A DNA stretch of 63,925 nucleotides, filler included, from Chiloscyllium plagiosum (Eukaryota): assembly GCF_004010195.1 (NCBI RefSeq). It is 5 parts of one record of this genome, joined end to end, with 100 filler letters (N's around TTAATTAATTAA, not from the genome) between each part and the next. Parts side by side here need not be neighbours in the genome. Positions count along the whole stretch, not along the records: positions 1 to 20,445 come from NC_057717.1; 4 more parts are not named here. One strand, 5' to 3'. The first letter of the stretch is position 1. Every line of letters starts with the position of its first letter. A program made the translations under genes and the position numbers. Shown piece by piece: positions 1 through 12,160 of the stretch. The notes beneath the pieces are model-generated. The model searched no databases and was not told where the DNA came from. It saw only the letters and a list, made by a program, of their open reading frames with translations.

Positions 1-300
1 AACTCAGCACCGCCTTCCTAACCTGCAATCTTCTTCCCGACCTCTCCGCCCCCACCCCCGTCTGACCTATCACCCTCACCTTGACCTCTTTCCACCTATC
101 ACATTTCCGACGCCCCTCCCCCAAGTCCCTCCTCCCTATCTTTTATCTTAGCCTGCTGGACAAACTGTCCTCATTCCTGAAGAAGGGCTAATGCCCGAAA
201 CGTCGATTCGCCTGTTCCCTAGATGCTGCCGGACCTGCTGCGCTTTTCCAGCAACACATTTCCATCTCTGATCTCCAGCATCTGCAGACCTCACTTTCTC
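1..300 (+). mobile_element. Penelope-like element 3' end / pLTR fragment
   Basis: C/T-rich tract, then CTGAAGAAGGGCTAATGCCCGAAACGTC and the terminal TCTCCAGCATCTGCAGACCTCACTTTCTC motif. The same unit recurs more than 10 times in the window. Confidence 0.75.
177..204 (+). ncRNA. Minimal type I hammerhead ribozyme-like motif
   Basis: CUGAAGA-A-[GGGC UAAU GCCC stem II]-GAAAC-GUC. This has both hammerhead core boxes plus a GUC cleavage triplet. Penelope-like elements are known to carry such motifs. Confidence 0.6.
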
Positions 301-304
301 CACA

Positions 305-950
305 GGATCCATTTTCCCCATCTTGTTTCCAATGACCAGGTCCAACAGTACATGCTTATTTGTGCTGAACATACACTCTTTTAGAAGGCTCACCACGTTG
401 CATTCCAAGCAACATTTGCCCTTCACTGCCCTGACATTATCAGTATACCAGTCTATCTCTGGATAATTTATGTTTCTCAATATAGCTCCTCTGCAGTGTT
501 GCCATCGGTTTTAATTGTCCCTGCATACCTTTTCTCGCTATCCTTTCCACTAGTTGCTGTCCTACAGATGGTACTTAGAATGTAACTGTACACTTATTGT
601 TCAAAGGTTACAGCCAAATTCATTCTCGGAGCAATCTTCTTTCTCTCGGACGTATGAACTGACACTATCCTAAACCAATACTCCGACACAACATCATTTC
701 CTTTTCTTTCCATTGCTTCGGCATACATTATACCCAGCAACAATTGAACACATAGTCCTGTTATTCCTTGAGCTAGCTCTTGGTTATCAGTACATCATCA
801 GATTTCCACACACTAATCTACATTGGTAACTTCCCAAACTGCATGTATTCGCATCCATGCAGAGCACTAGGATTCTGACTTTCTTACTCCATCTTCCACT
901 GTTAAACCTGCTGCTGTAGATTAGTGCCAGCTGCATCCCAAAGTATCCTG
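305..950 (-). mobile_element. Decayed CR1 LINE fragment (endonuclease region)
   Basis: Minus-strand ORF 148-480 contains 'NINYPEIDW...LLDLVIGN', which matches the CR1 ORF2 APE region. Confidence 0.55.
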
Positions 951-1375
951 AGAATCCTATTATTAATATCTCTATTTGTGCATGAGAAGTATTTTGTTGT
1001 CATGTGAGTAGACAAAATCTTTTAATGCTGGTGAAGTCATTTCACGGCCCATATAATGGTAAATGTGTTATCACTGTTCACTTAAGGAAGCTAATCTTTG
1101 ATTTAAATTAATGGATTACAGCAAGGTAATTATAATGGATTTCAGATTTGGAAACTGTGTACGTTTTACATTTTAAATACTGAATTTTGAATAAATGAAT
1201 TTCAATTATATGTTGATTATTTTGAAATGCCTTCGTCACTTGTACAGGTTCCATCTGTGAATTGCATATTTTAGATATTCTTTTGAATAAACAATAGGAT
1301 TACCCCTCAATCAAAAAAAAATCAGAATTAATTGGCAAGATCGTTTGGTCTTATTTCATTCCAATCAATATTGTA

Positions 1376-1590
1376 GTAATGCTGGAAAAGCACAGCAGCT
1401 CAGGCAATATCTGAGGAGCAGGAAAATCGACGTTTCGGGAAAACCCCTTCAACAGGAATTCCTGATGAAGTACGTTTGCTCGAAACGTTGATTTTCCTGC
1501 TCCCCGCATGTTTCCTTAGCTGCTGTTCTTTTCCAGGACTACTCTCATCTTGGGTCTAATCTCCACCATCTGCAGTACCAACTCTCGCCT
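1376..1590. mobile_element. Palindromic Penelope-derived short element
   Basis: Two copies of the Penelope terminal unit lie head-to-head around GGAATTCC (about 1456-1463). Confidence 0.7.
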
Positions 1591-4223
1591 TTATTCGTTT
1601 ACACGTGATCAGTGACCTGTCTCATTGCCTCACTGTTAATTTGAAGTATGGCTTCATTAATTCATTATGAACTGCAGGATGGAAAGAAACCTAAACTGGC
1701 CAGTTGTAGGAATTCTGCATGTGATTGGGGGAATAGAGTTATGTACAGCAGATGAAACTCCCAAATGCTGGGAGATGTTCACAGCTTTGTGTGAGTGGGT
1801 CTAGGAAAAAGCAAAGGGAACATGAGAAACAGTGTAAGGCCACTAAGGCTGAGGAATGTACAAACAAGATTAAAGCAAGAACGCTATAAACGTAGATTCT
1901 ACTTGTAATCCCGAGCCTATGTCTGGCATACCGACGTTATTTGATGATGTGGATGATACTGATAGGGCTGAGGGCTGGGGATTTTATTCGTGGATACCCG
2001 CTGAGCCCCTAATATCGCTTGATTCTCCCCAGCACACACTCCTTATTACAAACCTTTCCTTTTTTTGAAAAAGAAAGGGCCAGTCTTCATCATCGATAGC
2101 ATGGGGATGAGCAGCCTGAGCCATCCTAAACGGGGGCCATCCCGGGATTCAGAATAATGTTCATGAAGCATGTCCCTGACTGCAAAAATAAACCGGCCAA
2201 ATTTGCTCAATATGTCCAAAGGATGTTACACATATAAAGGCAGCAAACTTCTGGGAGTGGCCTGATACGATTGGCTTGCGTTATAAGACTGAAATAAGTG
2301 GCCATCTGTCTGACAGAAGTGGGAGACAGCCCACAATTAAATAAAAACGAGATTCCGAATCATCTTTGTTTATCCCTGTGCTTTTGCAATGTTTTGCTGC
2401 TGGTGTCACTGACATGATCCAGAAAAGCAATATGAACTAGTCCAGGAATTTACAGTCGCAAATGAGGTGAACAATGGTTTACTATTGGGATGGCCAGAAC
2501 CACAATGCAAGTTACAGGTCAAACCGCTTATGTCCATTGCCCTCGCGATCGCAAATGCAGTGTGCCAACCCTGACAGGTTTGGTTGGGACCAATATTCCC
2601 ACTGGGGGATAAATCTACTTCAGATACTCTCCCAGCCACAACTGCTGAGTAACCCTTTCCCAAGGCCGACCTGGAATTACACCTTTGTGAATGGGAACAC
2701 GACAGCGAAATCTCCTGAGGGACAAAAGGCTGGCTCGTGCTTTAATCGTGGAAATTTGGCCACTGGAAAGTGATATGTCATTAAAGTTACTTTGGAGCTA
2801 AAACCGGGATCGATATGCTTGCAGCCGAGTGAAAGAAAATCTGTAACTATGCAGTGACTCTTCGTTGTGCTTTTAGTAAGAGCAATGATTACAGAGTCTT
2901 GTGGGAACAAGGAGGATTTTTTACTTACACGAGGCAGTCGAATAGGAATGCTGTTTATGTCCAATCAATCTGGCAGTTATCAAGATGTTCGGCTCATGCT
3001 GCGGCAAGTGATAAATTCTCCAAAGGAATGAGCAGATAGCTGCCTCTGCCAAGCAGGCAGCCTTACACCCGAAACTTCTGGTCCCGTTGGGTTCCCAGAA
3101 AAACTAAGACAGAGACAATGTGGGAACAGTTATGGTAGACATAGATATAATACAGAGACCACAGAGGAAGCACCCTGCTATAGACCAATAGGTATGTCCT
3201 CAAATAGGGTACTCCATCGATATTGAAACCAAAATATGGGTGACGGCTGCTGGACACGTTTGTATTGCTTCTTTGCTACTGCCTAATTTAGTTGATTACG
3301 TGTATATTTGTACATACTTGGGCAAGGAGGGTATGATTAACGTTCTATTACAAACTTGGTGGTAGCCAGATTTGCAGAAAACAGCTAGGAAATGTACTGA
3401 TGCGTGTTTAATTTAGAAATAAAAAAGAAGGTTGTTGTAAGAGGGGTTCCCTACGGTTGTTCATCACTTGCTTGCCTGGTGGGCCTTTTTATTTTCCACA
3501 TCTTGCTTTTGTAGAATCGCCCTGCGCACATTGTTGTGAATACTGGCTATTAGTCGGAGATGCATTTAGTAGATGAATTAAAACTATCCCAAAGACTGAC
3601 ACAGCAGCCAATATAGTGTTCAACAAGTGGGAAATATTTTCATTAGTTAAACAAAAGTCTTCAAAGTTTTCATTCACAGGTATGTCAAGCCTAATAATTA
3701 GGAACAGAGCAAATCACAGAGCAAGTATAATGGCCTGTTCCTGCTCCTGTTGGTCACCTGTTCAGCAGTTAAAGTCAAGGGGAGGCCAGATGGACGCACG
3801 CGACACAAGGACAAAGAGCGCCAACCACTGGAGGAACACCAGAAGACTGTGTCAGGGACACATCTTCATGGCTCAGCCTGATGCCTGTGTCTTTCACTGC
3901 ACTCTTTCTTATCCTTCTTTCACTAAATATTTTCACCGGGGCCCTGAGGAGAGCTTAATTCCCTGAAACATTTCAAAAGTTTTCTTTTCATGACATACCT
4001 TTATGCAGAAAAGGCCAATCGCTCGAGCTCCTGTGTTTGTGGCCATATTCCCATTTAATCCAATGGAGGAATTACTCTGAGACCTATGCCTTTAATGAGT
4101 CTGACACTGCTGAATGGTGGGTGCATCAGGGTCGTTCTGCTGTTGTTACAACTTCTTGTATCTCCCTCGTTTCCTTAACTTGGTAAGCACCACAAACTCT
4201 TACGGGTTTTACACTCGCCTCTG

Positions 4224-5000
4224 TTGGCTATCTGTGATTTCTCACAAACACACCCTCACCTGTTCTTCACCACTCTCACGGCCACGGCTACATCCCTAGG
4301 ATGTATTTGGATTAAAAGCAAACATCTTTCAGGATTGCAAGCTCGTTTCAGTAAGTGCCTTCAATATATCCTCCTTTCTTCATCTGCTTACCAGTCCACT
4401 GCGGATGGAAGCATACTTCATCTCAGCATTCCCACCAAGACCGCCGTGAATTCCTCTTTTACCACCTTTGGACTGGGAACACCACAACTATTTATTGGCC
4501 TTCCACGACATTACTTCATTTATGGCCAAAAGTCCTACTTATGGTTGCCTGTCACCTGGATTTGCCGCTGTTACTTAGATTATGTTGTCCCCTTCCCTTA
4601 CCACTCCCACACTTCACCTTTTGAGACGTCGAAACCCCGTTTTAAGGCCCTCATTACATTTAAGCACCGTTTAACTATCATTCCCCCTCCCAAAGCTATC
4701 CTCCGAGTTGAGGTTGAGTTTTGCCATACTGTAATCACTCTGGAAGGGTTTGTCAATGTGACGTCTTCTGCCTTTGACCTGTTCAATGCAGCGATGGTCG
4801 TTGTCCAGACCGTTGCTCTCCAAAATAGCATGGCTCTGGACTACCACTTGGCTGAGAAAGGAGGTACTTGTGACCTTATCGGCTCTCACTGCTGTACCTA
4901 CATCCATGACTCCAGTGATAACATGACAAACAGTGCCGAACACATATGCAAGGTGGTCTCGTCTCTACATTACACCCCCCGTGGGAATCTCTGGACTTGA
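4224..5000 (+). pseudogene. env: Retroviral env (SU C-terminus plus TM ectodomain), truncated
   Basis: 258-aa ORF with immunosuppressive domain LQNSMALDYHLAEKGG and the CX6CC motif CDLIGSHCC. The hydrophobic anchor GIVPLVVVSVLLSLII is in frame just after the TGA. Confidence 0.85.
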
Positions 5001-5329
5001 ATGGGTAGTTTGCTTAGTGCTTCGGATTTTCCAATCCTTCCGGGCATTGTGCCTCTCGTTGTTGTTTCAGTTTTGCTCTCTCTTATCATTAATGCTGTGA
5101 CTTTTTCGGCTCCCTCCTGATGTCGAATGCCCCTGTTTGGTCTCAGCGTGTACGGATTGCTGCTTCTGAAGTCCCCCCACCAGCGGATGATTTCATTGAC
5201 TCTGAGTCTCTTGAGCTTTGCAACCTTGACCCTGATAGTTACCCGGACGATTCTGACCTCCACCACTCAACAACGCTCCCCACTCGAATCTGGCTATGTT
5301 CTAATTGAGCCTTCCACATCCATCAAAGT

Positions 5330-5980
5330 TTCACCTGCACTTCCACACTTTGACTGGATCTGTTGCTCCTGATGTAGTCTCCTCTACACTGGGGAGACAG
5401 GATGCCTGCTCGCAGAGCACTTCAGAGAACATATCCGAGGCATCCACAGCAATCAACACCACTGCTCGTGGCTCAAACACTTCAACTCCCCCTTCTATTT
5501 GCTGTGGTCATACACGTCCTGCGCCTCCTCCATCACCACACACTTCCCACCTGATGCCTGGAAGAAGAACGTCTGATCTCACGCCTCCAGATCCACTAAC
5601 GTTATGGCATCAATATGGATTTCAGTTTTCTCATTTCCTTCCTGCCAACTTACCCCAGTCCCAAACTTCCAGACCAACACCGTCTTCATGACATGTCCCA
5701 TCTGTCCATCTTCCTTCCCATCTATCTGTGCCACCCGCACATCTGACCTATCACCTTTCCCTCACCTCCATCGACCTATTGCACTCTCATCTACCTTTCC
5801 CCAGCCCCACCCTCTCCCATTTATCATTCCACCTCCTGGGCTCCCAGCATCATTCATGATGCAGGGCTTTTGCTCGCAACGTCGATTTGCCTGGTCCTCA
5901 AATGTTGCCTGACCTATTGTGCTTTGCCAGCACCATACTCTTGAGTCTAATCTCCAGCATCTGCAATATTCACTTTTGCC
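5330..5980 (+). mobile_element. Penelope-like element fragment (GIY-YIG region plus pLTR)
   Basis: Contains 'CTTCAGAGAACATATCCGAG..CACTTCAACTCCCC' and the same terminal unit as 1-300, in decayed form. Confidence 0.6.
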
Positions 5981-7099
5981 TATGTCCCTCATTTTGCCGA
6001 TTCTTCTCAACTGCCCTCCTGATTTGGTTAAAAAAGGAAGGACCTGTGGGAGAGTTGTTATAACCAAAGCAACCATCTTGTCACATGTTAAAAGCCTGGA
6101 AACAATTTTAAATCTCATATTAGTACCTGTTTGTTAAGCTTGTACGTCCCACGCTCGGTGGGGTGGTTGACCTTGAAGCTGTACGAACATATTTTCGTGA
6201 AACCCTTTCCCAGCCCTTCTTTTACACGAATCTGTTGTAACACTAACACTTGCTTATCAGTTACTAACAGTAATGCCCAGACACTACGTGACTGAAGCAA
6301 ATTACTGGGCAAAGTGCTTCTTTACTCATGATATTACAATTATTTTGAAGATTGATTCCCTTATCCGACTGTAGTATGCTGAATTCACTTTGTTATGTTG
6401 GCTCGTACTTTCACTTGTTCCTGATAATTCTGAAAGAAATGCGACTTTGAGAGAAAAGAAAAAGAATACGTTAGCCAACATATAGCAATTTCGAGACAGC
6501 TACTAAAAAGAGGATATCCAAAAATGAGTTTACAGTTTTTTCTGTAATGCCACTCACGTTTCCCTCAACCTTAGTGCAGGCATGTCTCAAAAGCAGAAAC
6601 GTATCTTTGCGACGCCCATGTTTATGTAATCTTTGAACTCCCACTCCACCCTGCTCTCTCTTTCAGGGTCAGTGTCTCGGTGGTTCCCAGGTACGTGTAA
6701 TCCTCAAGCTCGAACTCCACGCTGCTCTCACACAGGACTACCGTCTCATTGACTCCCAGGTATGATGAGGCTTCAACCCTCCATGCTAATTTAGATCCGC
6801 CTACTTTGCTGCTGCTATATCTCTCAGGCCTGAGTTCGTGTCAAACCTTTGTTCAAGTTGCTCCCTCACACGGTCACTCCCACTGTGACTCGGCACTGAT
6901 TTAGCGCCTCCTGTTCTGCTGCTTCTCCAAATTCAAGTTTCAGTACTCGCTGGATCCTTCTGCTGATTTATGTTCTCCTATTCAGCACTGTTCGCTGTCA
7001 AGTTCTCTGCCTTCGGGACAGCGCCAGCCTCCTTAGCTCCCATGTAATGGTAGACCTCAAGCCTCAGCTGAAAGTTCTAACAGCCCATTCCTTGGCCAA

Positions 7100-8500
7100 T
7101 TAGAAGTCACAGAAAATGTTATCGTGATTGAGTGCGCTCCGGAGGATGGAACGATTTATATGCACGGATAGGGAGAGCTGCAGGGCCTGAAGCAAGTTAC
7201 AGAAAGATGCAGGCATAGCTTGTGGAACTGAGGATGGAAGGGAAACAGATGACAGCTTGTTGGTGTTGGAAGTGCTTACTCGAGTTAGACCTCTGCGAGG
7301 TCTAAAGACCTTGTAGTAAGACGTTTAGATAAATATGAATACCTGAACAAATGGGTAAATGACAGTCAGAGAGTTTTGGGTTTCTGGAATCTTGTGGATG
7401 TGAGAGTTAAGTGACTTGTCGTGACTGGAGAGAGTAAAGATTTAGGGAGTACTGTAGAAGCTATAGGTATTCAAGGGCCCTCAGTAAAGGAAATGTTACA
7501 GAGTAAGAGAGCATTGTCAAGACTGGTTGAGATTATAAAATTAGGGTTGTTGTAGGGGGGGTGAAGTGGTAACACAGACCAGGATGGTGATAAGTCCCTA
7601 AACTATTTGCTCACATTTGAACACGCCACTTCAATCCTTAAGAATTTAGGGAGGGGAAAAATTGCTGCAATTGGCTCTGATGGTTAAGTAGTGATGGAGG
7701 AACTGAAGGGATTTACTCAGAGAGGGAGGTTAGGAGTGGTTGGAGCAGGAAGAGAGAGGGGGAGATTTTACAGACCGGAACAGGTGATAGAGATTTTGAG
7801 GTATTGGTAAGAATGTAGACAGTGGAGGGAAAACAAATTGAGGCGTGTTGTTGTAGCTAGGCAAGTTTACAGATTCTAGGAAGACTTACCACACCTGAGG
7901 GAGGTTAAAGAGAGAGAGTGGACCACAGTGTCTGCAGGGACTGCAGTAAGCCTGACAGGTGGAGTTCGATTTCGTAATTGGAGGTAGGTACTGACACAGA
8001 GAGTGTTGCAAACAATGGAGAAGATAACAGATGTAAAGACAGCTATGGAGGCTGGCGCAAGTTGCAGCAACAGAAAGGGCTGATAAACTAAAACGGATCA
8101 TTCAAAGAGGGAGTTTGTAGGAACAAGAAAAGGTTGCAGTTTAGGAAAATTTGCCACTGTGTGGAATAAGGGCGAGTGTAGTGATTAGACGAACACAAAA
8201 GGTAGGGACGCTGTAGAATATGGTGTAAGTGTTAGGGAGCTTTCCAGCAACTAACTAAAGTTCGACAGATCGGGAGGGTTTTGGGCTGAGGAGAAAGCAG
8301 ATTGGGAGGGTGTAGATACTCGAGGACAGATAAGTAGTATTCTGCCGTCTGAGAAAGATCATTGTGAGGAGGTTGCAGAGGTGAAATAGATAGGGAGGGC
8401 CCTACGGACTGAATGAATTCATGGTGACAGAGAGTTTTACATGGAGGTGCAGGTATATGCCATTTAATTCCACGTGCCTATCCCACTGCCGAATAAAATC
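7100..8500 (+). mobile_element. Possible Gypsy/PNMA-like gag remnant
   Basis: Manual translation gives 'YEYLNKWVNDSQRVLGFW' and 'QDGDKSLNYLLTFE', which resemble the PNMA-type capsid. The region is heavily disrupted. Confidence 0.35.
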
Positions 8501-8574
8501 CCTTTGAAAATATCATGCCTGGAGGAGGTTCAATAATACGCAGTGTTGAAATGACAGAAGGAGGTTACAACGAT

Positions 8575-8780
8575 AGAGTGGCTTGGAGTGACTGGAGGTG
8601 GTGACAGCGATCGAGAAGGTTGGAGTGACTGAAGGGATAAATAACAATAGGGAGGGTTGGAGCATCTGGAGGAGGTGACAGCGATGGGGAATTTTTGAGT
8701 GACTAGAGGAAGATGCAATGGCAGGGAGGTAGGAGTGACTGAAGCCGGTTACACAGATTGGGAAGGCTGTGGAGTGCAGT
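8575..8780 (+). repeat. Degenerate purine-rich tandem repeat (GGAGTGACTG..GGTGACAGCGAT units)
   Basis: Four to five imperfect recurrences of GGAGTGACTG/GGTGACAGCGAT. Confidence 0.55.
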
Positions 8781-9184
8781 CAAGGTGAAAAACGTAGGGT
8801 CGGTTTTTCAGAGAGAAGATTATGAAGGTGTGAGGGGCAAGTGTTTTTTACACAGAGAATGGTAGGAGGATTAAACAGGCTAACGGGGTGGTTGTGGAAG
8901 CAGACACGATAATGGCCTTTAAGTGATTTTTTTAGATAAGCACATGACGATACAGAGAACAGAGGGAAATAGACCAGGGGCTTGCAGAAGGAATTAGTTA
9001 AATTTGGCGTCATATTCAGCACAACATCGTTGGCCAGTTCCTGTGCTGGATTGTTTCAGGTTCTGCATATCTATTTTGCAATGTTCTGCCGAGGAAGGAA
9101 ATGGACCAAAATGAGACAATCTATGTATCCCTTGTTGACATTCAACAGCAATATCATTGTTAAATCCGACACGAGCAGCATTCC

Positions 9185-9684
9185 NNNNNNNNNNNNNNNN
9201 NNNNNNNNNNNNNNNNNNNNNNNNNNNNNNNNNNNNNNNNNNNNNNNNNNNNNNNNNNNNNNNNNNNNNNNNNNNNNNNNNNNNNNNNNNNNNNNNNNNN
9301 NNNNNNNNNNNNNNNNNNNNNNNNNNNNNNNNNNNNNNNNNNNNNNNNNNNNNNNNNNNNNNNNNNNNNNNNNNNNNNNNNNNNNNNNNNNNNNNNNNNN
9401 NNNNNNNNNNNNNNNNNNNNNNNNNNNNNNNNNNNNNNNNNNNNNNNNNNNNNNNNNNNNNNNNNNNNNNNNNNNNNNNNNNNNNNNNNNNNNNNNNNNN
9501 NNNNNNNNNNNNNNNNNNNNNNNNNNNNNNNNNNNNNNNNNNNNNNNNNNNNNNNNNNNNNNNNNNNNNNNNNNNNNNNNNNNNNNNNNNNNNNNNNNNN
9601 NNNNNNNNNNNNNNNNNNNNNNNNNNNNNNNNNNNNNNNNNNNNNNNNNNNNNNNNNNNNNNNNNNNNNNNNNNNNNNNNNNNN
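9185..9684. other. Assembly gap (500 N)
   Basis: Run of N. Confidence 1.
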
Positions 9685-11470
9685 CATCAGAAATAATGGA
9701 TTCTTTTGTAGGTGTGTTGATTGGAAATAAAATTGATTTTTATATTACTGTATAGGTACTAGGGAAGATTGGATTAAATTCAAATATAAACTTCACTATC
9801 GTTGTTAGCAAGACTAAACTAAAGCATACTATAATTATTGTAATGCAAATGCCTTAATAATTACTGTTAGAATCCTGAAAAAATGATATATTGTACCATT
9901 TTTCAAATAGTCAATAAATTAAATTGTGAACCTCAGTATACTTGTTACTCAGACCAATTATTGTAATGGTAATGACTTGATAACTAATGCTAAAAACTAA
10001 ACAGAGAAATTGGTTCAATACTTTGTCAGCATGTTGCTCTGAAATTGATTGTATATGTATTAAGATCGGTAAACTGAGGGATCAAATATAATAGCTCGCT
10101 TGATAGAATTGAAGGAAAAAATGAGACAGTGTTTATTGAACAGGATTGTTTTTGTTTAAAAATGCAGTAGATGCAAGAATAGTATATTTTCTTCCATTGG
10201 TTTTCTTGTAGAGACACGCTTTTTTTTAAAATAAATGTCATGATTCAATGTTGAGACACTGTGTCAGAGTCTGCAAAAGGGAGAGTGAGAGAGAAAGAAA
10301 TTTTTAAAAAGCTGAAAGGAAAGGAACTGGCGAACAGAGGAGCTCCAACTGTAGTGTCTCGCCCAGTCAACATATTATTGGGTGAGCTGGAATGCAGACT
10401 AGTCAAGCAACAAGCTGACACAGTCTTACGCACAGAATCATAGCCTACAATGTCCTAGACATCACCGTCACCATCGCTGTATGTCCTGTCCCACCGGCAG
10501 GACATGGATGTAACTGAAATGCTGGAACATGCAGGGTGATGGACTGAGGTCTGCAGAATGTGATCAATGTGATTTATTTGACATTTTTCCAGAATATTAA
10601 ACTCCAGTTCAATTTGAAAAGTTATTAGCGTCTTCAGGAAGGTACAGCACAGATAGAGGCTACTTGGCCCATCCTGTATGTGTTGCTGTAATAGAACTCC
10701 CCAGGCTTTACAGCCTTTTGTACTCACCATTGAAAGCAACAATTTATGACTGGGAACTCTGCCCTCTATGCTTTTATGATCTGTTTTTTAAATGTATTTC
10801 TTTGACAGCTGCATACCTTGTTTCTTTGTTTGTTTCCCAGCCCTAACTCTATTCCCCGTGCCTTGAGGAACTGCCATTTCTGCTATTTAATCTCTACTGC
10901 CTTCCACCGTGTGACAGACTGTCCTTCTCTCACCCCCATCATGCTTACAACCTGTTACATTTCTGATGGCTCCCAGATCTCTGTAACTTTCACTGCGCCC
11001 CATGGGTCAATGGCGCGAGTTTTGAATTCTTTTCCTCCTGAGATAATCAGAAGTCTTTCCGGTTGCAGTTTCTCCCAGAATTTATTTTGAAAAGCAGAGC
11101 ATTTGTGTCAGAGTAAAGTATTTGTGAGCCTTCATCCACAATTCCGAGCATTTGGGTGTAATTTGTGACCCTCCCACAGATGTGCAACGTTACTGGATTG
11201 GCCATGCTGACATGGCCCGCAGTGTGCAATTTAGGTAGGTTGGGCTAGCCATGGTTAATGTGGGGTTATGGGGGTAGGGTTGTAAGAAATAGGGAAGTGT
11301 GTTGTTTTTGGAGAAATAGAAAATCAAGAGTGTGTATGTGCAGAAAAGGGGTACAAGAAGCTAAGCAAGCATTAGGGAAATATATCTTTATTTTTAATGT
11401 ATCATTCTGGATAATTGAGGACTAATCTTAGTGCAGAACTATTAAAGCAAATAATTTCTTTCATCATAAT

Positions 11471-12160
11471 CATTCCATGCATGTACTACCCTCTGCGTGA
11501 AAATGTTGCCCCTTAGGTCTCTTTTATAATTTTCCCCTCTCAGCCTAAACCTATGCCCTCTAGTTCTGGACTCCCCGACCCCAGGGAAAAGACTTTGCCT
11601 GTTTATCCTATGCATGCCCCTCATAATTTTGTAAACCTCTATAAGGTCACCCCTCAGCCTCTGCGTGAAAATGTTGCCCCTTAGGTCTCTTTTATAACTT
11701 TCCCCTCTCAGCCTAAACCTATGCCCTCTAGTTCTGGACTCCCCGACCCCAGGGAAAAGACTTTGCCTGTTTATCCTATGCATGCCCCTCATAATTTTGT
11801 AAACCTCTATAAGGTCACCCCTCAGCCTCTGACGCTCCAGAGAAAACAGCCCCAGCCTGTTCAGCCTCTCCCTGTAGCTCAGATCCTCCAACCCTGGCAA
11901 CATCCTTGTAAATCTTTTCTGAACCATTTCAAGTTTTACAACATCTTTCCGATTGGAAGGAGACCAGAATTGCAAGCAATATTCCAAGAGTAGCCTAAGA
12001 AACGAGATGCATTTGGATGGGTATATGAATAGGAAGGGTTTGGAGGGATATGTGCCGGGTGCTGGCAGGTGGGACTAGATTGGGTTGGGATATCTGGTCG
12101 GCATGGACGGGTTGGACTGAAGGGTCTGTTTCCATGCTGTGCATCTCTATGACTCTTTGA
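11471..12160. mobile_element. 5'-inverted CR1 LINE insertion inside the 5' LTR
   Basis: 11471-11998 is the CR1 ORF2 C-terminus on the - strand (EYCLQFWSP..LEMVQKRFTRM). About 12005-12160 is the CR1 3'UTR/tail on the + strand. Absent from the 3' LTR. Confidence 0.88.
11491..11826. repeat. 168-bp direct tandem duplication
   Basis: Units start at 11491 and 11659. The 56-aa repeat is visible in ORF 11442-11987, with one substitution between copies. Confidence 0.95.

Larger units (their letters stand above)
1700..6400 (+). mobile_element. Decayed endogenous retrovirus 1 (epsilon/gamma-like; RNaseH, integrase and env remnants)
   Basis: RNaseH-like 'DYRVLWEQGGF' near 2890. Integrase-like 'GKEGMINVLLQTWW..CTDAC' and 'GPF..LLVGDAFSR*IK' at 3310-3600. 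env at about 3960-5120. Purine tract AAAAAAGGAAGGA at 6030-6042 followed by TG. Boundaries are approximate. Confidence 0.7.

Noticed and set aside
8982..9755. Long ORFs of 175-257 aa
   Set aside because: They are open only because they run through the 500-N gap.
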